Assembly (NCBI GenBank): GCA_032718475.1
Contig: JAUCBJ010008391.1
Coordinates: forward strand, 1-59,571
Direction: 5' to 3'
DNA length: 59,571 bases
From: Nemertoderma westbladi
Taxonomy: Eukaryota; Animalia; Xenacoelomorpha
Below the pieces are notes generated by a model, which saw only the letters and a list, made by a program, of their open reading frames with translations, searched no databases and was not told the origin of the DNA. Positions 40,745 to 53,900 of this stretch are shown here, piece by piece; the stretch's first letter is position 1, and each line of letters opens with the position of its first letter. Position numbers and translations under genes: made by a program.

Positions 40745-43700
40745 ATGACTGAGTTGATAGAAGATGATCTTGGTATCAGGGAGCGATATACTCTACCTTT
40801 ACAAGCGTTTGTTGATAGCTTGATACGTGGTGACGCTGGTCCAACTACTACGGAGGACAATGGTCGTTATATCGAACCGCCAATGTCCCAGGAGCAACTT
40901 ACGTGTGAATTGGATTATAGAAAATTCACCGCTCGCTATACGCATCGTAATGGTACGTATATGGACTTCTTAACTACTGGCCATCCTATCGATTTACACG
41001 ATACGGACGATGTAGACACCGAAAGGGAAATGGTTTTATTTAAATATCATACCCAGCGGAGTCGGAACGATAAACCGAGAATAGAACACGAGAATTCTAT
41101 TCGAAACAGACTCGAAAGGGAAGACGTTGAAGAGCCGGATAAACGCAGCGACTTCAACGATTATCTGGAATTCCTGAGAGAAACATATCTCAATATTGCC
41201 AGTCAACAAAATCTAGAAACTCGATATCCTCAAGGTATACATCATGACCCTATGATAGAACTCAAACGACTCTATTTCACTATGATGTATCTTACCGCCG
41301 ATCGACCGCTACCTGTCGTCCCAGATAGCTTCGAACAGATGGAGGAATATTGTAAAACTGGAGAACGATCACCCGCATTTCCCCTGCAGGACGTGCGTCC
41401 TTGGTATTACTGCGACGAATGCCCTAAACCTAATCAGCAAACGGAAAGACATAAACATCCGCGGAGACATTGAGCTAAACACAGTTTTACACGATATACT
41501 TATGGGAGTTTCGAGCGAAATCTGTTTGACGTATCACCTATGCTCGCTCGACTCAAACGATCCTTGAATAAACCAATGATCAGAGTTCCGGAATACTCGG
41601 TCAGACCTCCTCATTCCTCAGTGAGACCTCAAACGCTTGATCCTAATAGTATAACGGATCCCCCTGAACTGTACTCACTATTTAAAGATCTTGTGTTACC
41701 CGAACAGTTGATCGGTGGCACCCCCGGTAGTGGGCTCACTAGATATTCGCCAACCCTACCTAGCCGGATTAGGACGCGGTCATCTAATATCGCCGTTTAT
41801 CCCGTACAACCGTCCAGGCTTAACCCCGATACAACCCGTTACTGAAGTCGAAGAGAGTGTTGTACGAAATGCGTTAGACGCTATTCAGCAGAAAATCGTT
41901 AAAGGAACTTACGATTGTTTAGAGAAACGCAAATTGCAGCAACAAGTCCAAGCGGTGAAAGAATTAGCTTTACCCCAGTTCAATAGAGAAATCCAGGATC
42001 TCGAGGAAGACATCGAACGTGGACATCGAACGTGGTACTCTTTACAAGAGTTCCTAGACGAGCGTTTACAAAAACAAGCGGAGGAAAATCAGCTCGAGGA
42101 GAAACACATAGAAATGGATGAGAGCGAAGAAGCAGCTTTAGCCCAGCCAGAAGCTCAAATTCTTATGACGGATCTCTATTCTAAAACCATCATCCATCCT
42201 TCGATGGTTCCCCATTTCGGAGACAAACTCTTCGCCACAGCATAGCCTCAACCGGTTGATATCAACCTAAGATCTCGAGATCTTATCGCTGACGCTCCCA
42301 TGTTGCAACATCCGCCAATCGAGGCCGCTCGTGTCGATGGTATACTTGTTGAACCTCCGGACAATAGAGCGGATCTTGTCCGTCGTATGGTACACGAGGT
42401 TAACATACACGCTAGACCTTTACCGAACTCGTTTTATGGGATCAAGGATCACCCTTATTACGTCAATCTAACGCAATATTACATGGTAAAACCGGAAGAT
42501 CCTACACATAGTCTGAGGTTTCTACCACTAATAAATCCTCTCGATCTTGTCGAACTCGAACAACTGCAGAAACATCTGGATCAGTTAGTTAAAGTAAACT
42601 CATTTCGAAAACCCTATAATGTTTCCAGGATAGAGAAAGAGACAATACCTCCGTATAATCTTGATGGATTCATCAAAACTCGATTAGTACACTGGAATCT
42701 CGACGTGTTATTCGAGGAGGAAAGAATACAACGATATGGAGATGTAGAAACATATACTACACAATATTTAAAGTATAGAGATCTACCTAATACTAGCGAA
42801 TGCGCTACCTTGTGGCATCCAGTGGGAATGACTCTAGAAAACGCCACTAAAGAGTGGAATGAGACTCTTAACGTTATCGAGATGTATGGAGTTGTCACTT
42901 ACGATAACGAAGGTAGCGTTCCGGTTGGAGAACTGGGAACTACGCGAATGATACACATACGAGGACTAGCTGGTTCTACCCACATATTTACTCGAGCGTG
43001 TTCCGATGTGATTGATTATTCTTTTGAGACCCTTACCGAGATACAAAAGAAACTCTGACATGGACAATTCGAACTCGCGCAGCGTTACGTCACCGACACC
43101 GAGCGCAAACTGGCCATGGGTATCGATGGATCGATGTTACCCCAGCCCGTGCTCGAGATGTTGTTTAACGAAAGAATCCTTAAAATCGGCTCAGCTGTTT
43201 ATGGAGATCTCCAAAACGACTTTCGGAACATGGAGAACATTCCATACCCTTTCGTCGATACTCAGCTGATTGCTCCCTGGGCAGAAGGCCGAGGTTTCTT
43301 CCGCACTATGTATGCAAATACACCCAGCGGCATTACTAAACATCTTGCCTTTCAAGAATACAGATGGAATTTCAAGGTTGGAAATCCTATCAACTACCAA
43401 CAAGTATATGGAGATCATTATTCTCGATTATACTTTGACGGACCATTGACCGCACCTGGCGCCGTGTATAGCTTTATGAGTGTTCCACTTCGTCCCTCCT
43501 TAGCTATATACACGATCTTTGAAAACGCCGCACTTGCCGGTTGGCTAGCTGATGTGTGCAGTCGTACCATACGCGCCCATCCCTTAATACTTGGAACCAA
43601 ACTCGCCAAGCTAGATGAACACAATAAATTCATCTGCTTCGAATGTTTCAGGCGCTTTTTGACTCCGTTCCGTAACGTTGATAGTCAGTTCAAGGACCGC

Positions 43701-44981
43701 GCTCTGACCAAACTCAGCCTAAGAGACTCAGCTGCGGAGAAGTTAGACGGCGCGGGATTCGCCCTTTTCAAGGACATTTGTATACAGAACTTACATTCAT
43801 CTGTTATACAAAGACCTCGAATACCCACGGGTTATTCTGTTGTGGAAGTTCAGACAGTGGGTTCGCTTGCGGAGACAGCCGCACCTATCTCAGCTATGCA
43901 ATTGGAAGACGAACCAATATGCTTAGAATCTGAGGAGATTCAGCCTACAGCGCCCCGGAGCAGCGATAACGACTACGTCTTGGAATGGTATCAAGGTCCA
44001 CAATGTCTCACCGCATACGATTATCGGCATGCCAACTATGTTTCTCGAAAACGTTGCCGATTATGCGCATTGAGAGATCATTTCACCCCTATGGACTCAG
44101 ACGTACCCTGCTCCTATTTCCATGAACAACCGATGATGTGCATATTGTGCGTATTGCAGACTCAATAACTCGCACATTTTTGCAGTCTGCCCCCAATTTA
44201 TGACTCAATGCCACCACTGTCAACTTAAAGGACATGCCAGTTTTAATTGCCCTTTTAACCGCGATCTGGAAAGCGTAGATGAGATGATTACCCTGCGCTA
44301 CATCCGAGCTTGGGAAGCGAACGCGGATTTACATTGTGAGTCACGCCATCGCTATTACCCTGGACGCGCCTACGAAGGAGTTTACGCGTTCCATCCTTAT
44401 CTATTCGCGTCTGTTGAAAAAAAACACGCACACCGAGTTACGAACTAATGAAGCGTGTTGGTGAGTGTATTTCCACCAAATTTGTTCGAAAATATCTCAG
44501 GAACGTCAATCCTAACGATATTAATTCATACCATTTGATCAATTTCATCCGTCAAGACCCTGAGTATGGCGATTTATTTATCAACTCGCACCCTGAGTTA
44601 CAGGAAGTATCTCGACGGCCCTACGAATATCGAGCCCGAGAACGCGAGCTGGAAAGAACCATTAAACCGAGGAAGTTTCTCACCACTCACGGTCCACCTA
44701 CCGCTATTGTCCAGACGACTCGTCAGGGACCAGTAGGCGCTGCTGTCCTAAGACGCGCCCTAAAGGCCGTTAGACCTCGCTCCACTGAAGTTGATATCGA
44801 TCAACCAGGTACCTCGACCGGCGGATACACCGATCGTAATCCTAAACCTTCTGATGCAATTGTATTGCACCCTTCACCTAGGAGTTATAGCCCTCCTAGT
44901 AAAGTGGCTCGCCCCAAAGAGAAAAGGACTCTTGCTAGCCTCAAAAAACTGCATAAACGCCGTCCGCATAAGAAAGACTAA
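40745..44981 (+). pseudogene. Extra BEL ORF (~1400 aa reconstructed): DEDDy-type 3'-5' exonuclease plus CCHC zinc knuckles and basic C-terminus
   Basis: Seven track ORFs join through three in-frame stops (41471, 42243, 43056) and three frameshifts. ExoI VVTYDNEG, ExoII LPQPVLEMLFNERILKIGSAVYGDLQ, FVDTQ, ExoIII-like LAIYTIFE; then CRLCALRDH...C, CAYCRLNNSHIFAVC, CHHCQLKGHASFNC. Confidence 0.75.
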
Positions 44982-45059
44982 CTGTTTAGAGTATTTTTAT
45001 ATTTTAGAAACTGTGATTTTTTATATTTTATAGAATTAAATCCCATTTTCTGGGAGCGG

Positions 45060-46358
45060 TGTAAAGGCTTTTGCGGAATTAGCTGGTTATTTTCCCCGCA
45101 AAGTACTCTGTAGTTGTTTTAACGGACATAAAAAGCCGTTTCCTTACTGTACCGGTGTTTTAGTGGACATAAAAAGCCATTTCTTCTGTATGTGTACTTT
45201 AGCGGACATAACTACCGATTTTATGTCGCAATAAGCCAAATGCTCTAAACATCGGAACTCAGATGACGACATCTATCAGCTGTGTCCACGTGTAACTTTT
45301 TCTTTGTTCTATGTTCTCTGTATGTGTACTTTAGCGGACATAACTAGCGATTTTATGTCGCAATAAGCCAAATGCTCTAAACATCGGAACTCAGATGACG
45401 ACATCTATCAGCTGTGTCCACGTGTAACTTTTTCTTTGTTCTTTGTTCGGTCGACCAATCAGAGCGTTTTTACTCTGTGTTGGACATTGTATACAGAAAC
45501 TCACGCCATTCAGTCAGTGTGTGTAATTTTTCCTGATGCCAGAAGACCGGCTTTGGAATTTCTGTGTTTCAGGCTTTAGCCAAACATTAGTAGGCTTGAT
45601 CATAGAAACGTATAACTGTTATCGCACCTCATATCAACACAATTCATATTGTTACAAATCATATTGTCACCTACAAACACCGCATTTTTACTGCTATTTA
45701 CTGTCGGTTATTAATTATATCAGTTGATGGAATATTATTATATTTGGATAATATCGATAAATAATCATAAAACCCCAATCTTCTTGATATACTGAAGGTA
45801 AGAGACCGGTTACATATAACAATTGCGACTTACATTAAAGTGGTTTTGGAGTGAATCTAATGCTATTTCATAGGCACTACATGTGTCGGTTGCTGTTCTC
45901 TTTATATGTGACTAAAATTAGTGAAGGTCGGCAGATCGGTGGGTAGCATTGTGCGGTAGTGTGCATGATTGTGACTGATAACAAAGCATCTCCTAAAGAA
46001 TGCGCTTTATACGTGAATCAATAACCATCCCGTTGTGTTTAGTGTAAGTCATAACTCTGTTTACATACTTAGAGCGCCACGTCCTAAAGGAACTGTTGAT
46101 AGTTCCCGAAAGTGAATAATATTTGTCAGAAATTATATATTAACGATCAGTCGAATAATACAGTAGGCCTACACCGCAATAAGGTCAAAGCTTCCGAATC
46201 CAGTCTCCCGGGTATATCCAGCGGGTGAATGGTCGCGCATAGACTGGCTTCGGCTAATGTAGTGTATCAAATACTCGTCATAGGCTAAAGTCGATTTATA
46301 ATCTAGAAGACATCTAAATTTGGCAGGTTAAACTGCTAAAGGTCTGAAAGCGCGAACA
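45060..46358 (+). repeat. 3' LTR (1299 bp) with internal ~132-bp tandem duplication
   Basis: Matches 5' LTR; TCTGTATGTGTACTTTAGCGG...TTTGTTC unit occurs twice (~45185 and ~45317). Confidence 0.95.
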
Positions 46359-46623
46359 CTATACATGCAATAAAATATAAAAAATTCTACCAAAAATTAT
46401 TTATTTCAATGCAATCCTATCAGTTACATTTTTTTTAGGAAAAAAGTAAAACTTTTTCTCCCGATTTTAGGGTATATTCAAGCTAAAAAGTAACAAATTA
46501 AGAATAAAAATGTTTAAAAAATGACAAAATAAATCAATGATAAAAAGTATACAGTATACTACCAGTTTCTTGCGATTCCACTCTGTTACCGGTAATGATT
46601 AGTTGTCCTACTCTCCATTATAC

Positions 46624-48401
46624 GGTGTTCGGACACTCCCCCCCCCCCCCGGACACTTCCCCCCCGGACAGTTCCCCCCCGCTCAAGTAGGACACTTCCC
46701 CCCCGGACACTTCCCCCCCAGACACTTCCCCCCCGCGGACACTTTGTTTCCCTCAATTAGTTAAATGATCGTTTATTGTTTTGGTTAGAAAATCCCGCCT
46801 CTGTAACCTGCCCCTTTCCCTCAATTAGTTAAATGATCGTTTATTGTTTTGGTTAGAAAATCCCGCATCTGTAACCTGCCCCTTTCCCTCAATTAGTTAA
46901 ATGATCGTTTATTGTTTTGGTTAGAAAATCCCGCCTCTGTAACCTGCTCCTTTCCCTCAATTAGTTAAGTGATTGTTTATTGTTTTGGTTAGAAAATTCC
47001 GCCTCTGTAACCTGTCCCTTTCCCTCAATTAGTTAAATGATCGTTTATTGTTTTGGTTAGAAAATCCTGCCTCTGTAACCTGCTCCTTTCCCTCAATAAG
47101 TTAAGTGATCGTTTATTGTTTTGGTTAGAAAATCCCGCCTCTGTAACCTGCTCCTTTCCCTCAATTAGTTAAGTGATCGTTTAATGTTTTGGTTAGAAAA
47201 TCCCGTCTCTGTAACCTGCTCCTTTCCCTGATTTGGTAAAGTGACTGTTTATTGTTTTGGTTAGAAAACTCGGCCTTAACCTGCTCCTTTCCATCAATTG
47301 GTAATTGTTTTTGGCTATAAAATGAGTGTTTTGCTACGTCATGTGGTAATCGATTATCGACAACAACCACAAACTATTAGATTTAGAGTCTTTTTACCAC
47401 AGGCGCATATGGAAATCTATCTCATAGTCTATAAATCATGGAATCATGGAATGTTTTGGCACAGGCATAGTGAAATCAACTGTCTGACAGTCCAGAAATC
47501 AGCAGTCTGACAGTTTGAAGAAATACATACATAAAAAGTCATTAAAAGGACAATAAAAGTCATTAAAAGGACAACAAAAGTCATTATGCATAATTCGTAA
47601 AAAAAAAATGACAAAAAAGTCAAATAAAAGGACATAAAAAATCACTGCCAATATTATTGTTGCAATCAAAATTATACCTCTCCGGGGTAAAATCGGGGTG
47701 CGTCGACCTGTATTCTGTGTTCAGCATTACATATTGATATACATATTACTGTACTACTATACACATACTATATAGATATTATGCACACTACATATTAAAT
47801 TTCCTGGTTACTTGAAATATTTTTAATAGGATTTTGTTGAATTATATAATATTGTAGTAATTTATATATTAAATTGGTTAACTTCAATACAGCTCCTACT
47901 TTAGGCTTAGTCAATTTATTATCTGATGATACAAACATGAATTAATTATTTAAAAGTGGTCTCAAGTCTTTCACCACGGGCACTCAGGGAAATGCCGGGG
48001 TCTGGGGGCGATAACCCCAAAGAAAAGAAGCGGGGGTTTGGGGGCGACAGCCCCCAAGAAAAGAAGCGGGGGTTTGGGGGCGGCAGCCCCCAATTAAAAG
48101 AAATTAAAAGAATTAAAGGAATTAAAAGAAAAACAAACAAAATTTGACTATAAAAATGTTTACTTTATAATTTTGAAAAAACTTGTCTAGATACAACTTG
48201 TCCTGTAACCATCTTTAACTTTTGTTTATTGCCTTGATGCACCCAGATTAATTTTAACACTTTAACTGGGGGGAAGTGTCCGGGGGGCAAGTGTCCGGGG
48301 GGGAAGTGTCCTACTTGGGCGGGGGGGAAGTGTCCGGGGGGGGGAAGTGTCCGGGGGGGAAGTGTCCGGGGGGGGGGGGGGGGGGGAAGTGTCCTAGATC
48401 C
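46624..48401. mobile_element. MULE-like non-autonomous element with repeat-built C/G-rich TIRs and 68-bp internal tandem array
   Basis: TSD (C)CATTATAC at 46615-46623 and 48401-48409; TIRs of GGACACTTCCCCCCC units (46631-46745) mirrored at 48268-48394; about eight TTTCCCTCAATTAGTTAAATGATCG...GTAACCTGC units at 46748-47310. Confidence 0.75.
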
Positions 48402-49489
48402 CATTATACCATTAACTCAACTCAAGAAGTTGATAATTCTAGGCTAATTATATATATTCGGTTCTCTTTGCGCATTCAAAATCATTAGCCATCTGGACAG
48501 ATTCATACAATTAAGTATCGCCTGTTCTGTTACTTTTGTGTCACAAAGACCAAAGTTGTGGCATTTATAGTTTATTGCCTAGGCAAGGAATTGATTGCAG
48601 CATTTAGTGTTTGTCAAGTTCGCTATTACTCCAGTAGGCTACAATATCTCAGAAGATCAATAAAAACTCCCACACACTGCGTGGTTAAGAGTCATATAAC
48701 CAAACCCCCATATGTTTCATTCATTTTGCAATCTACTAATAGTAGTTATACTATTCAAACTACTGCATAACAAATAAATATCCCAAGTGGTTATTAGCTT
48801 GCAGTTTTTGTTACGGGTGAAGAACTCCCAGAACCCCAAAATATAAATTATTTTATTCCAAAATTGTAACATTAATCAACGCCGTTAGTATTAACAGCGA
48901 GTTTTAATTTTGCACTTTACAACTTTAGAGGACACTACAGTATTGTATTGGCCTGTACAATTAGTATTGTATTTTTGTATTATTATTTATGTAATGTCTA
49001 ATGTCCCATTGGCGTGACTGTAATGTCACGCCGTCATGGTTATCACATAAACAATAGTTGATATTTATTATTAATTGCCTGACTGCCAGATTACCTACCG
49101 GTAGCTATTAATAACCTAGCCATAAACTATTAACATGGCTCCAAACGCCACCATAAATATAAGCTAACTTTTATTATAACATAATTTATGTCATTTTTAC
49201 ATTTATTTTATACAGCAACTAATTTAATTTGTGCAGTTTCTATCACTTATAATATATATATACAATCATTTCGTAATTGTGGTACAATTTTGGAATAAAA
49301 CTACATACACTTGTTGCAAAGTATTTTACAGTGTTCTGATACACGTGGCTTTATTTTTACTCACTCACTACGTTCGTTTGTGTAACATAGCCCTCAGATC
49401 ATCACACTGTAAAGTGCTACTTTACACACAAGTATGTAAATAGTTAATATTCCAAAATTGTAACATTGGGCTGTTATTATATTCTGGTA

Positions 49490-49775
49490 TATTGAATCGT
49501 TGGATTGGTCTTCATCCATTGACTGAAGTGCTTCAAAGCGGTTTTGAACTTCTACTGTATAAGCATCCTTTACAGCATTGTCAGTCCTGAGTTTCTCCCA
49601 GTCTTAGTTGATTTTCTTGCTTGTCCTGGGTTTGCTGACTCTCAAACTGAGTCTGATCTCTGCAGTCACAATTCTGTGGTCCGAACCAATTAGGTTGAAC
49701 GAGCTGTATGCCTCGCAGTTGATCATGCTGTTTCTCCACTTTTTGTTTATAAGGATGTAAATCCAGTTGGCAACG
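49490..49775 (-). mobile_element. RTE-like LINE endonuclease fragment
   Basis: YILINKKWRNSMINCEAYSSFNLIGSDHRIVTAEIRL...YTVEVQNRFEAL on minus strand. Confidence 0.65.
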
Positions 49776-50567
49776 CGTCATTAGGTCCTTTGGTCGTTAG
49801 GTCCCGCGTCATTAGGTCCTGTGAGTGGTCGTTAGGTCCTGCGGCATTAGGTCCTGCGGCGTTAAGTCCTGCGTCATTAGGTCCTGCGACATTAGGTCTT
49901 CTATAATAGCGTCATTAGGTCCTTTGGTCGTTAGGTCCTGCGTCATTAGGTCCTCTGCGGCTTTGGCGATTGGGGGGTTTCCAGATTATTCAGTTTTTTT
50001 AATTTTTCATTTCACATTTCATTTTGTCATTTTTCATAGTTATAAAGTTAACGTTATGAGAAATATTTTCGACTAAAACAGGTCGAGCGCAACGAGGCTT
50101 GTAATGTTCTATGGTGACCACAGTGTCATCTTCAGTTCATCGTCAGTCTACGTTATGAAATATATTTTCGGATAAAACAGGACGAGTGCAACGAGGCTTG
50201 TAATGTTCTATGGTGACGAGTACTGCGTCCCTAAACCATTCTCCTAAACCAATTGACTAGCACAGTTCCCATGAGCACTGCTCATACGACCTACAAAAAT
50301 AGTTCACATAAATAGAAAAAAGTCCCCCCTCCCTCCCGCTCCCAAATAAACGCCCACTCAAAACTTGATTCAAATAGCCGCACTACTTTTATCTTCAACA
50401 TTACTAACACATATTTTCACATATGTTCAACAACATGTTCAACAACAACAACAACCGGTACCTGTCCTGCTGTCAGCCTGTTCACTGTACAGTTGTAGTG
50501 GAATACAGGACCTAACGACGCAGGCAGGCAGGACCTAACGACGCTCCACAGGACCTAACGTCGCACG
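49775..50567. repeat. 15-bp GCGTCRTTAGGTCCT repeats (49775-49955) with inverted copies (50508-50565); possible MITE remnant
   Basis: Read directly; termini and TSD not resolved. Confidence 0.45.
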
Positions 50568-50914
50568 ATTTGAGAGATTGATTGGTGAGCTCGTGAAAGC
50601 TCGTGTATTTGCTAAATAATATACACTACTAAGTGAAACCGCACCATGCAAATATCAGCCCCCCCCCCCCCCCCCCCCCCACGTACCTATTAATAATGGA
50701 ACATCTACTCTACCCTTCTGTAAATCCAACTCCGCCTGGTAATCCACACATACAAAGCATTGCTTGTGTGCATGGGAGGATTCCAAGATCAAATATTTTG
50801 GAGAAAATACATTTAATTTAATTTTTGTTGCTTTCATTATAAATATACGAACAGGTAAAAGTTATATTATAAAGGTTATATTTAAATTAATATATATATA
50901 TTTTAATTATATAT

Positions 50915-53900
50915 TTATTCTGAGTTGTAAGAGTCGATGACGATCCGTTTACATCTGCGTTTAAATTGAGCCAAGGAAGTTGATTGTTTAATTTCCTGAG
51001 GTAGGTCATTCCAAAGCGCTGGGGCTTGATATATGGCGGTATTTTGAGCATACGATGTTCTAAGCAAGGGCAAACGATAATTTGAGGCAGAACGTGTGGG
51101 ATAAGAGTGAATTTGTCTATTAAAAATAAATTTTGAGCTTAATTCAATTGGCAGTTTTATTAAAGATTTTCTGTGTTTAAAAATTAGAGTAACACACTGT
51201 AAACGATACATGTCTTCCAGCTTTGGAATGCATAGATGTTTAAATAATGCCTCGGTGTGAGCCTTATGTTTTTTGAGTAAAATTATTCGAATAATTTTCT
51301 TCTGTATTTTTATGAGAGGATCGATGGAATAGCCTGGTGAGCCCCACAGTATTAAACCAAACAACAGATATGGGCTAACTAGAGTATGGTACAATGTAAG
51401 CCGAATTTGTTCTGGAATAAAGTGTTTAATTTTGTTGATAATCCCAATGTTTTTAGAAGTTTTTGAACGTATGTATTTTATGTGAGTTTGCCATTTAAGA
51501 TTGATTATCTGTAATCATAATACCTAAAAATTTTGTGGATTTCACTTGTGAAACCTCAGTACCTAGCATTTGAATCGCTGGGACAGTTTGATCTTTAGGT
51601 CGTTTCAATTTAAATATCATAAAATTAGTTTTGTCAAGATTTAATGTGAGTTTGTTTATTGATAGCCAGTTACAAACATGTATTAACTCGACGTTTAGGG
51701 TACTAATCATTTGAGCAATATTTTTTCCTGACATAAAAATATTCGTATCGTCTGCAAATAGTATAAATTGTAATAGTTTAGAACATTGCACAATGTCATT
51801 AATATATATGAGAAACAAAATTGGGCCCAAAATGGATCCCTGGGGTACACCTATGGTGATAGGTCGAAGTGAGGATGCATTCGCACCATATTGAACGTAT
51901 TGGTATCTGTTGCAGAGATAATTTTTGAACCATTCGAGAGGTGTACCCCGAATTCCATAATGTTCCAATTTTTGACATAGTATGTTATGGTCGACGGTAT
52001 CGAAAGCTTTAGATAGGTCTAAAAAAATTCCTATTGTCATTTGGGAGTTTTCTACAGCGTCTGATAGTTCGCTGAAAAGCAAAGATAGTGCTATATCTGG
52101 CGAACGCCCTCTTTGAAACCCAAATTGACGAGATGTTATTATTTTGTATTTTTCTAAATATGATATTAATTGGTTATAAACACACTTTTCAATAAGTTTT
52201 GAACAGAAGGGTAGGACACTAACAGGTCTATAATTTATCACGAATTTTTTATTTTTTGCTTTGTAGATAGGAGTAATTTTTGCTATTTTCATAGCTCTAG
52301 GAACAATTCCAGTTTCCAAAGATAAGTTAATTATGTGTAGCAAAGGGTCAGTGATATGATTAAATACCGATTTTATTATAGATGGATTTATGAGATCAGG
52401 TCCAATTGCTTGTTTATTAGCTAAGGAGGAAACTATATTGTTGAGTTCATCTTTTGAAATTTTTGAGAGAAACATTGATGTGCATTGCCCACCTGGTAGG
52501 TATTTGTAAATCGATTCATTGGTTGAAGGTATTTTTGCTGCTAGTTGTTGCCCAAATGACGAGTAGTGCTCATTGAATCCGTTTGCAATCTCAGTGCCAT
52601 CTTCCACAAGTCTATTTTTTATAAGGAACGATGAGGTGTATTGTGATTTTCTTTTATGGGAGGGAATTAGCGACTTTATTACACCCCAAGTTTTACTAAT
52701 ATTACCCTTAAATTTTTCGAACAGATCGCTAAAGTATAATTTTTTTGCGTTACGGATTACTGTAGTTAGATTATTTTTATATTTTATAAAAGTATCTTTA
52801 GTGTCCTGTGTTTTATATTTGAGAAAAGTGGAGTAAAGCTTGTGTTTTGTGCGGATTGAACTAAAAACAGATTCACTTATCCATGGTTTAACAGGATTTA
52901 TAATACGTATTTTCTTAAGTGGAAAGTGTTGATTATAAAGTTCCTGATAAATCGATATGAAGTTATCGTAAGCGGTATCTGGATTGTCAGAATCCATAAC
53001 GTGCTTCCACCCCACCTTAGTTACATTCTGAATAGCTTCTTTGAAGTGGGTAGTGTTCGATTTTGAATGGTCACGTCGATAGTAAAACTTCGGGGTGGTA
53101 GCGCGAATAGAATTTGGAATGTCACAAAACGTTATGATAGGTAAATGATCTGAAATATTGGCTAACAAGATTCCAGTATATTTAATGGTAGTGTAGTCAT
53201 TAGTTAAAATATTATCAATTGAGGTTGCAGTGTGATCCGTAATTCGTGTTGGTTTGTTAACTAGTGGAACGAAAAATGTTTGATTTAATAACTCAATGAA
53301 ATTTTGCGCCTCTGCGCAATCATTTGCGTGTAGGATATTAATGTTAAAATCTCCACTTAAATAGCATAGTTTCCCTTCATTATTTATTTTTTCAAGGTCT
53401 ATTTTTAGCAGCTCCAAAAATGCCTGGATATCTGTATTTGGGGGACGATATATATTTCCAAAAATTACATTTTTATTGTTTTCTCTACTCCATTCAACAA
53501 AAATTGTCTCATATAAACCGCTCCTAAAAGATCCTAAGTCGTGTCGTATATCACACTCAAGGTCGTCACGGACGTATATACCGGCACCCCCACCTACAGT
53601 ATCTTTTCGAAAATTGTAGAAAAAATTATAGTTTTTCAAAGGAAACAAGTCGTGATTTTGTTCGGTTTGCCATGTTTCACTCAGGCCTATAACCGCTGGT
53701 TGAATATGTAAACACAGCAATAATTGTTCAAGTTCTTCTAAATTTTTATTTAAACTTCTTATATTAGCCTGCATTATAGCAAATGATTGCTCCGCCTTAC
53801 AACCAATTTCGGATGGATTTTTGTAATATTTACATTTTGGAATGAAGTTATTGAAAAAATTTGCATCAGGATCAGATCCAGGTTCATTAAATATTGAATC

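Larger units (their letters stand above)
26341..46358 (+). mobile_element. Full-length 20-kb BEL/Pao LTR retrotransposon with extra 3' ORF
   Basis: Paired TG...CA LTRs, 5-bp TSD CTATA (26336-26340, 46359-46363), purine tract TGGGAGCGG before the 3' LTR, BEL order Gag-PR-RT-RH-IN. Confidence 0.95.

Noticed and set aside
30392-43058. TGA stops as readthrough or alternative genetic code
   Set aside because: TAA/TAG stops and frameshifts also occur, other ORFs end in TGA, and CGA-to-TGA decay explains the pattern.
40745-44981. Extra ORF as an envelope glycoprotein
   Set aside because: No signal peptide or hydrophobic transmembrane stretch seen; nuclease and zinc-knuckle motifs instead.
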